A DNA stretch of 63,913 nt, filler included, from Collodictyon triciliatum (Eukaryota): NCBI GenBank assembly GCA_043381765.1. It is 10 parts of 10 records of this genome, joined end to end, with 100 filler letters (N's around TTAATTAATTAA, not from the genome) between each part and the next. Parts side by side here need not be neighbours in the genome. Positions count along the whole stretch, not along the records: positions 48,549 to 55,382 come from JBHJMP010004212.1; positions 55,483 to 62,316 come from JBHJMP010004213.1; positions 62,417 to 63,913 come from JBHJMP010004310.1; 7 more parts are not named here. The stretch is one strand, 5' to 3'. Below the pieces are notes generated by a model. The model made no database searches. It saw only the letters and a program-made list of their open reading frames with translations, and was not told the origin of the DNA. This document shows, piece after piece, positions 52,401 through 63,913 of this stretch (position 1 is the stretch's first letter; each line of letters starts with the position of its first letter). Both the position numbers and the translations under genes were made by a program.

Positions 52401-55112
52401 TTATAATTTGCTTTATTTTTTTTTGTTTTGTTTTGTTTTGTTTTGTTTTGTTTTGTTTTGTTTTGTTTTGTTTTGTTTTGTTTTGTTTTGTTTTGTTTTG
52501 TTTTGTTTTTGTTTTTTGTTTTTTGTTTTTTGTTTTTGCAAGGAAGAGTTTGAAAAAAAATCCGTACATACACCGAAAGAAAGATTTATTACCATTCGGA
52601 TAGCCTATGAATCCAACTGAAATTTGTTTCTTATCTCCATGAAGTCTCGAAAACTTTCAAAGCCAAATAAATATATAATTAGAAGTTCGCGTTAGTTTGA
52701 TAGAAAAGAATGATAAAGTTCCAAATATATAAAGAATAAGCTACGGTACCTGTCGCATAAGTTGAATGAGAGAGCCCTATAGAAGATACAGAAACATATA
52801 AGTAATCGAGTTCAAAGGAAAATACCTTTTTTCTTCATTTAGTGTGATGTACCTCATATTAATGGATATGAAGATATACTTGGTTTTCAATGCTTCATAC
52901 CTTTCCGAATGGATTAGTAATGCTTGCATGGAAAGCCAGTGTTGGATACTCTCGCGACAGAACCTTTACCCAACGAGCCTAATATTCATCATGTTACTGT
53001 CAAATACAACGTAATACATACTAAACCCGCAATTATTTAAAATGTAACGAATTTCGAAGCAAATTGAATCAAAGAATATGAATTTGATAGTTATTCTAAA
53101 AAAATTACCGTAACCCATGTAGGAACCAAGTCACATTTGTTCAAAACAAAAACTAGATGTTTGTGTCTGATGATACATAATTTAGTTGAGTGGTTTTATT
53201 CGATTTCAATAGCATTCATCATCGGGTATATCATCAATATGTAAAATGAAAAATATGTCTTAAATTATTCAAATAAAAGTAGATTCATCAAAGAAATTGC
53301 GCTGATTTGACTTGCGTACTTGTTGTGGTTTTTCAAAACTTGTTCTACCTAAGATATTAAAAAAAAATACCACAGAGAGAATCGAAATATTTCGTACATT
53401 AATGCCATCTTACTTTCTTTTTTACTTGATATAGAGAGATTAAGACCAATAGTACAAAGGAAAAAATAGTTTAGAGAACTTAGAACTTCCAACTTTGACA
53501 TTGTCGTGGATTTCAGACAATAGTTGACAATAATATCGTAAAGGGAACAAACATGCTTCGAGCGCGTGCCCATGGGGTCGCGAGCATCCAAGACTTGAAC
53601 AAGAACATCAGATGAGTCGATGACCTAATTATTCATGAAATGGTATGTTGTGCTTTTTCCTCAAAAGGTGCAAATTTGATATGGTTAATTACTGTGGTAA
53701 ATACTTATGACATATTGATGGAATCATTAACCTTATATAATTCTCCCCAAATGCGCTTTGATTGACCTTTATCGAAGATAGAGTCGCGAGCCTCGATTTT
53801 GTAGTCCAGGTCAATTTTGATATTTGAATCTTTTTCTTCTACATATCCATCTAACATCCGGAAGTGAAGAATTTGGAAAAGAATTAGCTGGTATCTGCAT
53901 TAAAATAAAAATGCAAAGCAGATGAAAAAAATTCGTTTCTGATTTTTGCGGATTTTGAAATAACCACTATTGTTACTTTGTTTTGCCTCCACTGCCTCCT
54001 TTAGAGCATCCAAATCAACAAACTGGAGTTTGGGGCGCTTCCTTTTGGCTTTCTTACCAAACGTATCACTAAACGTCTCTACGGCAGTGAGATCCATTTT
54101 TGGTGCCTGAAATGTTTTTGATGTTTCTCATATCAACTCGCAATTATTTTTCTTGAAAATGTACTGTTTAACCGTCTTCCGTTGTGATTATACTTTGAGA
54201 AATGAAAAGAAAGCCATAGAAAGCTAAATGAGCTCCCGTTTATATACACATATAAAATAGAAAAGATAGCATACGTTAGCCGGATCAGTCAGGAGGCCCA
54301 TGGGAAGTTTTTTCTGGTGTAACAGGACAGTGTACGGGTCGTGAACTTTTTCGACGATTTCCTGACGAAACTTCTCCAGTTCCTTCACACCAATCGTCCG
54401 CGTATTTCCTTAATAATTGCTTGAGTCAGGATATTATTTGCGCATTCTTTTCAAAATCACGTCGAATTGTTTGCTCGGGGAATGGATTAGCAGGAGGCTT
54501 TACCGAACCAGCGGCGGTCGGCCATTACACGGGCGTGTTTTGGAGGTGTTTTACTCATAAATTCGCCTCCGATTACTTTTCCATCTCTTTAATGTGGTTT
54601 TAAGAACATCATCGAGATAAATGTTGATGATAGAGTAAGCTTGCTTATATAACTTTACCTTTGGTTGTAAGCAGATATGAATCTATGAAGAATAATTTTC
54701 ACAGCTTAATTGGAAGTGAAATTAAAATATGTATAACCTGTTTCGTATGGTTTTGCTGCGATACATATTGAGTCTGTTGATAGTAGCTTTATCTCTCATG
54801 TGAGTTTTCCCCTTAATTTATTTGTTGAAGTCCATTACATCAGTTGGTAGATGTTTGTGATTTTAATCATTAAACCATTTTAATATACCCGTAATTTATG
54901 TGAAATCTTGAAGGTAACTGAATTTCTCGACGTTTCGTCACAATAGATGTTGAGGTGCAAATGATATTTAGTTTTTTCTGGTCATGAATGATCCAATGCA
55001 TTACCTTTTCGATGGGCCTATTTGGGTTCGACGACGAAGCGCTTTTTTTGTGGAGCCCGAGTTTGGCCGGGCCAGTCGGAGCGCGCCCTTCTTTCTTGTT
55101 TGTCTTTGCCAT
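49416..55112 (-). CDS. NOG2: Nucleolar GTP-binding protein 2 (circularly permuted GTPase, 60S biogenesis); more than 20 exons
   Basis: Motifs: '[13 protein letters not shown]', 'DRRWFGNTRTI', '[34 protein letters not shown]', '[10 protein letters not shown]', '[17 protein letters not shown]', '[20 protein letters not shown]', an acidic tail and '[18 protein letters not shown]'. Confidence 0.96.
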
Positions 55113-55297
55113 GGCCGAAGTCTAGTTGATTCTTTTGCTAAGATATATATCAGAAACTTCGTCCCAATATGTTTCTTGGGACAACAATAAAAGCCATTCA
55201 ATCTAGGAGTTGACGTATGAAAAAGGTTTATCGACCCAGTTTGTTATTCATCTGCGGCGTTTTTCTTTTAATTCTTTTCATCCGTTTTTTGTTTTTT

Positions 55298-55382
<85 letters not shown>

Positions 55383-55482
55383 NNNNNNNNNNNNNNNNNN
55401 NNNNNNNNNNNNNNNNNNNNNNNNNNTTAATTAATTAANNNNNNNNNNNNNNNNNNNNNNNNNNNNNNNNNNNNNNNNNNNN

Positions 55483-55558
<76 letters not shown>

Positions 55559-55700
55559 AACAAAAAAAAGAAACAAAAAAAGAAACAAAAAAACAAACAA
55601 AAAAGCGAGCAAATTACCTCACACCATTCTCCGAGATATGTTCGCCCTCGTGTATAACAGGGAGCCTCTTCTCCTACTCACACGCCTCCCCGTTCATCAG

Positions 55701-56113
55701 ATTACGAGAGCCTGCTTGCCCTCGACGGCGACAATCCCTTTGGAGCCCAGCGCGCTGCCCGAGCCGACCAGGTCGATTCCTTGCCAAAGACTGTTGTTGC
55801 CTGCATGCCCGGCCCCGCAGACACAGAGCAGACCGCAACCGCCTCCCCCGTGCATTCGGAGAACATCACAGAAAACAGGGAACGGGCTTCGGCTTTCTTG
55901 GAGGACGCTGAGTGCAACAGCAGCAGCAACAACAGCAGTAGCTTGGCCTCACTCACCGCCTTATCCTGCTGCATCTGCCTGGACGAGTTTGCCGTCGGGC
56001 ATGTGGTCAAGACTCTGCCCTGCGCGCACCAGTTCCATGCGGACTGTGTCGACCAGTGGCTGCGTCTCCACGCCGTCTGTCCCATCTGCAAGCGTCCACT
56101 CCCTCGTCTCTGA
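55701..56113 (+). CDS. RING-H2 E3 ligase, last exon (5' part off-scaffold)
   Basis: 'YESLLALDGDN...' is followed by C3H2C3 'CCICLDEFAVGHVVKTLPCAHQFHADCVDQWLRLHAVCPICK'. Confidence 0.88.
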
Positions 56114-56347
56114 CAATCACACAATCACACAATCACACAATCACACAATCACACAATCACACAATCACACATAGAACCCCCCCATCATCTGCCTTGTATC
56201 TGCACCATTCGTATGTACCCCACCCAACTCACACACCCATAAAACCGAATCATCCCAACAAAGCGACCGGCCTCATCTTCGTTTCTCTGTTCTCATTTTA
56301 CGGCAGAGCAACGCACACTTCCCAAGCCGGATACGGAAGCCATCAGA

Positions 56348-56410
56348 TGCACTCGACGGGAATCGAACCCGCACATCGGCAACCAAAATGGAGTTCAGGT
56401 CTGATCCACC
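56348..56410 (-). pseudogene. Degenerate tRNA-Gly-like 3' half (pseudo-tRNA or tRNA-derived element)
   Basis: A well-formed T-arm and acceptor 3' strand are present (GCGGG-TTCGATT-CCCGT-CGAGTGC-A). No matching 5' acceptor strand or D-arm is visible. Confidence 0.4.
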
Positions 56411-56884
56411 AGTTCCGGGCGAAGTCAAACCGCCTGCCAACACACACACACATGCTCGGAAGNNNNNNNNNNNNNNNNNNNNNNNNNNNNNNNNNNNNNN
56501 NNNNNNNNNNNNNNNNNNNNNNNNNNNNNNNNNNNNNNNNNNNNNNNNNNNNNNNNNNNNNNNNNNNNNNNNNNNNNNNNNNNNNNNNNNNNNNNNNNNN
56601 NNNNNNNNNNNNNNNNNNNNNNNNNNNNNNNNNNNNNNNNNNNNNNNNNNNNNNNNNNNNNNNNNNNNNNNNNNNNNNNNNNNNNNNNNNNNNNNNNNNN
56701 NNNNNNNNNNNNNNNNNNNNNNNNNNNNNNNNNNNNNNNNNNNNNNNNNNNNNNNNNNNNNNNNNNNNNNNNNNNNNNNNNNNNNNNNNNNNNNNNNNNN
56801 NNNNNNNNNNNNNNNNNNNNNNNNNNNNNNNNNNNNNNNNNTTTTTTGGAAGGAAACGAAATAAAAGGCGCTTGACAATAAGGG

Positions 56885-59800
56885 ATGAAAGGGTCTCTTT
56901 GGTCGGGCACTTTTGCCGTCGCTGTCGCTTTGGCCTGTGTTGCGGCTGCCGTTCCTGCGGCTTCTGTGAAACGCGTTGTGGAACTGACTGATGCCGAGTT
57001 TGAAGGAACTGTTCTGACCCATCGGTTCGCCTTGGTCTCCTTCAATGCCCCTTGTAAGTCTGCTCTTCGTAATGTAAACACATTCCTTTTCCTCTTCTTT
57101 TCTTTTTTCATTTTTTCCTTTACCCCTTTTTATCCCCTTTTTTTTCCTTTTCCTTTTTCCTTTTTTCCTTTTCCCCTTTTTCTTCTTCTTTTCTTTTCTT
57201 TTCCTTTTTTCCTTTTTTCCTTTTTTTTTCCCCTTTTCGCCTATTTACATTGTCTTTTTATTTTCGTTCCCTTGTTCTTGTTCATGTGTTCTTTTCTGCT
57301 CCGTACCCAATAACAGGGTCGAGTGAGTGCAGAAGACTGGACAGGGTCTTGGAGGCTGTAGCAAAGAACGTAACAGATGACGTCCTTGTTGCAAAGATCG
57401 ACGCAATAGCTTATCCAAACCTTGCATCAAAGTACCCTCTTCGAGGATATCCTACCTTCTTTATCTTCAGGTTTGAATCGCCTATTCACGCCCTCCTTAT
57501 TCATTACTTTTCAAGCAAACAAACACATCGTTCTTGAACACGCACTCGACTTTCTGTAAAGTTATATGTTATGTATTGTCCATGCTGCTGATTGTTGGTA
57601 ATGAGATATCTATATTCTTATCTTTGATTAAACACAAAATCAACAGAATGGGACAATACACCGTTTATGACCTTCTGAAAACACCTGAGGCCATCTTGAG
57701 TCAGATAACTTAGTAATATTAGCCAATATGATATAATCCTATGATTCTTCTATACGCACAATCTCGACTGAATGTTAAACCAACTCATCCATCAATATAT
57801 CCAATAGCTTGAATCAACGGGAAATCACTTACATATCGGACATCAAGGAGGTACAAAGACAGACAAAAAACTACAAGTTCAGCGTTATTGGATATTTCCA
57901 AGACATGCAAAGCGATGGTCTCCTTTAATCCCAAAATGATATTTTCCATTATCATTTTTGTCTGGTCCATATGTAACATGTGTTCGAAAACAACAAAGAG
58001 GAAGATAAAGGAAGAAGGAGGAAAGAAACCCCCCGACTGACACATTTTTTTTCTCTCCACCAACATATAGTCTGCCAAGCCTTATTTTTTTTTTCACTCG
58101 AAAAATGTAATAATTTTCAATATTTGGATTCACAAAATAGAGTTTGAGAACTTTGGATACATGTCCGACCACTACCGTTCGAAGATACCACTGGCATATG
58201 TCAACACTTCGGAGGTCGCTTCTGCGTATGTGCCGTCCTTTCAATTTTCAATTCTCCATTTTATTTCGATACGAGATGTCTTCTTTAATACATTCTGGCA
58301 TCAGCAACTGTTCCATGTGGCTTCTTACAACATGAACCGATACTCTTTTACATTGGGTCCTACTAACTAATACCACACTTTAGCCTAGGGTTGCGTACAC
58401 CTCCAGTTTTAATACTAACCAAAAGATACGACGAAGAACGCGTTACATATCACGGCACGTTTAAGTTGGTCGAAATGATTGAATTTATTGAAACACAGTC
58501 ATTTCCTCTTGTTGTAAGTGTTCCATTTCAAGTTACCTTTACTTTATATGTTATTCCTTCGTTGCACAAATTAAGTTACTCTAATTCATTTCCCTGCTTT
58601 ATTTTCATTCTGTTATTTATCTCTCCCTTTGAAGGACGAAATATCGATGGAAAACTACAAGAAATTCATGAGCCAAGATAAGCCATTGGGACTTATGTTC
58701 CTGGACCCATCTGACAAAACTGGAAAGGAAGAAGCTATTCAAATCCTTACGCCAATCGCTGAAGAACTTCGCTCCAAAGTTAACTTTATTTGGCTGGATA
58801 TGTAAGAATATATCAACGAGGGTTTCTCCTTATAATGTCTTATTCCACTTTAATGTCATAAGGACACCGCCATAAATGACTCATTTGCATGTATTCCTAA
58901 AGTATGTTTCCTTTGAATTCTCCATATCCATGAGATAAATATGAATAGGCCGATTAATCCAATTATTCTCATTTCATCTTAACGTGCAGAGTGGAAAACA
59001 AAGAATATGCCAAGGTCATGGGTCTTTCATGCGAATACTATCCTGCGCTCATCCTGCAAGTCAACCAACCTGTATAAAACCATAGCCTTTTGACAAGCAG
59101 ATTCCGATTGCATAACATTATGGTTGTGATATTGATTTATTCAAACATATACTCACTTCAAACAGTTTCAAAGGTTTGTAATGCCAGAAGATGAGGAGTT
59201 TGAAGCAGACTTTATCCGAGGCGTTAGTTTCATTTTATCCATTCTTTTAGTATTTTTGGACTCCTGCGTGACTTTAGTATTAAATTGATACACTTATTTC
59301 TCAAAATGCAGTGGATCAGTGATTTCTTTGATGGGAAACTTCAGCCTTTCCTCCGGTCTGAGGAAATCCCGAAAGAAAATAGTGGATTGGTGAAAAAGGT
59401 CGTGGGGAAGTCTTTCTACGACTTTGTCGGTGATAAAAGCAAGGACGTCATAGTTCAGATATTTGGTGAAGGTATGAAAAATAAATAAACCATGCATGAA
59501 TATACAAATCGATTTTTCATCATGGATTGGTTGGGCATTAATGGAATCAACTAAAACTAAATTATCATGCCTATTCGCCTCAAAGATTGTCCTCGTTGCA
59601 AGAATTTTCATACCACCTTCGAAAAGATTGCCGAAGGCTTTCGAGAAATAGAATCGGTTTCCTTTGTATGTGTTTCTCTTTTATTCTTTTCCAATGACTT
59701 TTTCAATCATTTATCAGAGAATACTTTTTCTTAATTGCAGATAAAATATTTAACTAAAGTGTTGTATGATTAGGGTAAAATGAACTTTTCATGCAACGAT

Positions 59801-60609
59801 GCCTTTGGACTTCAAGTAAAGGCCATGCCGATGGTTTTGATATACCCCGCAAGCAACAAATTGTCACCCATCATATTTGATGGCCCGCCAATCATGGGCA
59901 GAGTTCTAGAGTTTATCAAGGAACACGCAAAGTAAAAGAATTCTGCAAGCCTAGTTATATTCGTATCGTATCTTGACTATCAAAGAATACCCCCCAAAAA
60001 GATATATACACACAACCTCCCAACATAAATGCATGTAGCAGCGTATTGCTTTTTCCCCCTTTTAAGACGATGTTGGGAACACACAATGCTAACAAATGAT
60101 AAACACAACACCGCTTTATTAGTACCACGTTTGAATTCCCCCTCGCAATTACTGACGAATCTATCTTCGACATGGAAATGGACCCGATGGTGCGGAGAAG
60201 AATTGAAATGGAGCGCATTAATCAACAACACAAACTTAAAGAGCAACAAAAGCAGGAGCAAATTACTAAGAGGATGCACCAGAGTACTGAAGAAAAAAGT
60301 GATGACGCTCCGAAGGTCGAAACCAGCGCCACGCAAGAACACACAGAGAACACGCAGGACACAGAAATACATGATGATGATGATAGGGACCTTGAGAACA
60401 ATAATCATGAAGATGAAGATAACTTTTACGAGGGACGCGATGACGATGAGGGCTATGATGAAGATGACGAAGCTGAGTTTGATGTAGACGAGTTTGATGA
60501 AGACGAGTTTGATGAAGACGACGATTATGACCTTGACGCGACAAATGGAGAGTATGACGAAGGCGATGAAGATTTCGAGAGTTACATCCACATTCACGAC
60601 GAGCTTTAG
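56885..60609 (+). CDS. Protein disulfide-isomerase family protein (a-b-b'-a'), with signal peptide, acidic tail and HDEL
   Basis: Hydrophobic N-terminus, 'VVELTDAEFE...LVSFNAPWSSECRRL', 'VAKIDA...YPLRGYPT', 'GKLQPFLRSEEIP...VKKVVGKSF...KDVIVQIFGEDCPRCK', and a C-terminal HDEL*. Confidence 0.92.
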
Positions 60610-60869
60610 GTCAGAAAAGTGAACCATAAAAGCACTTTGCGTCCCCAAAAAGAAAAAAAAAAAAAAAAAAAAAGCCAATAGCGCCCTTCGAGCTTAATTA
60701 GTACACTACAGAATGAATATCCGTCGTCAGTTGTTTCCCCCGTTCTTTACATTCCCTCAGCTATGAGATAGATGATAGCTCAACATCCAATGTGGTCAGG
60801 TGCGTGTCCTTTCGTTCCAAAATGCACTTTTATTAGCTTCTTCAGAATTGAGTCTGCATCCTGTCATAT

Positions 60870-61945
60870 CTACCATCTGTGCGCCATACGTTTTTTGAAC
60901 CGGTCGATGGCGAGGTCGTCTGTAGCGAGCGGCTGACCAGGGCGTTTTGTTCCGTGGTCTGTTAATAGAGTGCAAGAGATTCTCTCATTAATATTTCCGA
61001 ACCACGTCTCTGAATCGATTAAAGGAAAATAAATTATGATTTCCAAACCACATTTTTTTTTTTTTTTTTAAAAAAAAAAGGATGTCACGCTTACACACCA
61101 ATTTATATATAATCTTTCGAGAACAAATTGTGTGAAGCGTGTGTATTTACCTGTCCTTGAGCTGTCAAGAATCGACCTATAGAGAGCATAGTTAGTGTTT
61201 ATTCAACCCTATATTTGTTATTCTCTTTATTCCGGATGGAAGGGGCAGACTAGTCGAAGGAGTCGATAACATTACAAATATGCGTTATCTCTGTCCCTCT
61301 GCAGGAGCATCAGTCTTGCTCTTTCAGTCTCCTCAATGTTCTTCATCTTATACCTAAAGTATGTGAAACAGGACTTTATGTGACCCCACGTCTGAGATTT
61401 GATATAAGTGTAAGACCATCACAAACGTAATAGGCAGCTGAACTTCTGGTATGCCGGTTAATAGAGTGTCCTTGGCTTCTGCAGCTTTCTCCAAGACCTT
61501 CATCTGCGATTATTTTTTTTAATTTTTTTTAAGAATAGAGAATGACCAAAATAATCTAAACCAATATCTATTTAGCGTATAAATACATCACATTCTTGCA
61601 AAATAATGATGAAATACGATAGAAGCTATGAATATACTATTTGAAAACAGTGGGAACTTCATACCTGGCCGTCATCCTCCCCAGAAGTGGGTTGTTGTTG
61701 TTGTTGTTGAAGTTGTTCCTTTTCTTCCTCCTTGTACAAACCCTTTTTCTTTAATATTTCTTTATTGATGTATTCTTCCCTAGTTATCAATGAAGAGCAG
61801 TTATCAGTCGAGTAGAATCGCCGTTAAAAACAAGAATAACAACTGCGAATGTGTACATGATTTTATCCACAGGAGTCTCTTCCTTTTTGGATTGAAACGT
61901 TTCCACCAGGTTCAGATTTCTGGTCTGCACATCATCGTCGTCATC
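60870..61945 (-). CDS. C9orf78/TLS1-like (Hep_59 family) spliceosome-associated protein, 3' exons
   Basis: 'MEEYINKEI', 'LLTGIPEVQLPITYKMKNIEETERAR' and 'ATDDLAIDRFKKRMAHRW*' match the family motifs GIPEV.L...K.KNI..TE and ATDD....RFKK. Confidence 0.82.
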
Positions 61946-62560
61946 CTGATTTTATGAATTCATGATTTATTTGTTTTGAGTGAAGTACTCAATGAAGCCT
62001 GTGTTATTACTTTCATACATGTTTTATTGCCTTTTGAATGCATACACGTGGGTATTGGAAAAAGGAAAAAGGAAAAAGGAAAAAGGTAAAAGAGAAAAGA
62101 GAAAAGAGAAAAAGAGAAAAAAAAGAGAGAAAAAAAAAGAGAGAAAAAAAGAGAAAAAAAAAGAGAGAAAAAAAAGAGAGAAAGAGAGAGAAAAAAAAGA
62201 GAAAAAAAAGAGAGAAAAAAAAGAGAGATAAAAAAAGAGAGATAAAAAAAGAGAGATAAAAAAAGAGAGATAAAAAAAGAGAGATAAAAAAAGAGAGATA
62301 AAAAAAGAGAGAGATANNNNNNNNNNNNNNNNNNNNNNNNNNNNNNNNNNNNNNNNNNNNTTAATTAATTAANNNNNNNNNNNNNNNNNNNNNNNNNNNN
62401 NNNNNNNNNNNNNNNNAAGAGAAAGAGAAAGAGAAAGAGAAAGAGAAAGAGAAAGAGAAAGAGAAAGAGAAAGAGAAAGAGAAAGAGAAAGAGAAAGAGA
62501 AAGAGAAAGAGAAAGAGGGTGATGTAGGAGCCAACTCATAGGAAAATATTTAAAAGATAC

Positions 62561-63613
62561 TCTGCCAGTTCGGTGAAAGTAACATTGACACCTTGTCCGA
62601 TTAAGTGATCAAAGTGATAGTGCGACCATGCACGGTCTACAGGGTTTCTTAGAATGGCAACAATCTTTGCATTCGGAATGTGCTTGCGAATCAAGCGTGC
62701 AGTTATTGGCATGAATATATACCACGGGGTAGCTTCATATGTCATCTATGTACAAATATCGATATAAAAAAATCATGAAGGTACGAGCTTTGGGGACAAA
62801 TCCGTTTGTTCATGGCATAAGATAGTTTTTTGCAAATAGAAAGTATATTGTTTATAAACATTCAAATGAAGAGAAACCTTGTTTTCTCCCCGATAAATTT
62901 TTGGAAACCGCGCTATATATTCCTTGATGCCCCCAAATATTTTTGGGTATCTTATCTGGTAATCAAAAAATCTCATTTCTTTCTCTGTTGGTGCGGCCAT
63001 CTGTTGAGAGTTTAGGGGATTGATTAAAATATATGTCCGAATATTTTCATAGCTAATCAACAAAATATACTATTTGAGGTCAAAACGTGTTACCTTTAGG
63101 GAAAATAAGAGGGGAAAATATAAGATTTACAAAATAATATCTAAATCTTTAATAATAACAGCAATAGTAAATATTTATTAAAAAATAATAAATTCTTAAA
63201 CCTGAGGGTGCATTTTGAGATACCGAAACAATGTTGTTGTGCCGCCCTTTGGCGTTCCTATGATAAAAAGTCTTGGGGCACAGCGACTCGTCTCATCAAC
63301 TATATGACAATCTTTATCAGGATCAAACTTTGGCCACTTCCTTCCGTCACTCCGAGCTTTTTCTTGGTGGTGTAATGCAGTGCCAGGTAATGTAGCTATA
63401 TTTTATCATTCACCTCACTTTATACTTGCAAGAGAGCAGTTGAGAAATGTGGCAAATGATATATATATATATCATCACAATATGGACACCATAAGATATC
63501 TTTTAACCTGTTATAACGTTATCAGGGGACTGGCAGATAAGCATATTGAGAATGTTGAGCTGGATGGTAAAGAGAAGGACCCCAAAGATCGCAAAGCCAG
63601 GAATCTCTTTCAT
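62561..63613 (-). CDS. Golgi-type sulfotransferase (HS3ST/NDST sulfotransferase-domain-like), 5' exons; 3' end off-scaffold
   Basis: Signal anchor 'FAIFGVLLFTIQL', 5'-PSB 'PRLFIIGTPKGGTTTLFRYLKMHPQ', 'KEMRFFD', 'EATPWY' and 3'-PB 'KIVAILRNPVDRAWSHY'. Confidence 0.9.
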
Positions 63614-63913
63614 CACTTACTTGAAAGAGGCCAGATACTCGAATAAGAGCACGATTTCTTTTAAAAAAATTGCGCGTTTTGCAGGGAAAATAAGAACAAA
63701 AAGAACAAAAAGAGAAAAAAAGAGAAAAAAAGAGAAAAAAAGAGAAAAAAGAGAAAAAAGAGAAAAAGAGAAAAAAGAGAAAAAAGAGAAAAAAGAGAAA
63801 AAAGAGAAAGAAGAGAAAGAAGAGAAAGAGAAAAAAGAGAAAAAAGAGAAAGAAGAGAAAGAAGAGAAAGAAGAGAAAGAGAAAAAAGAGAAAAAAGAGA
63901 AAAAAGAGAAAAA

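Noticed and set aside
56348-56425. Selenocysteine tRNA (minus strand contains GCCCGGA at a plausible start)
   Set aside because: There is no UCA anticodon arm, and the acceptor strands do not pair.

Overview
Eukaryotic, AT-rich, intron-dense DNA in the standard code, from a probably flagellated protist (a BBS5 fragment is present). The window is NOT one locus. It is ten unplaced scaffolds (nine of ~6.82-6.84 kb plus a truncated tenth) joined by identical 100-nt spacers (N44-TTAATTAATTAA-N44), so neighbourhood across spacers is meaningless. Genes were recognised by hand-splicing. Housekeeping and other genes: KRR1, BBS5 (3' end), PAM18/TIM14, a P4-type ATPase, a tandem-USP protein, a CHFR-type E3 ligase, NOG2/GNL2, a RING-H2 3' end, a PDI-family protein, a C9orf78/TLS1-like 3' part, a sulfotransferase 5' part, tRNA-Lys(UUU) and tRNA-Arg(ACG). 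Receptor-like genes: a TEP1/NPHP3-like NACHT-TPR-pentapeptide-WD40 gene, an LRR-coiled-coil-SAM gene and an intronless 1773-aa NACHT-pentapeptide-WD40-Sel1 gene. Two signals stand out. (1) A candidate NLR-like receptor repertoire in which sensor repeats are built one repeat per symmetric exon (six 123/126-nt phase-2 TPR exons; eight 69-nt phase-0 LRR exons), an architecture permissive for exon shuffling or skipping. (2) Minor-spliceosome (U12-type) introns: an AT-AC intron in the P4-ATPase and a GTATCCTTT GT-AG candidate, alongside several GC-AG introns. Family assignments come from motif recognition, not database searches.
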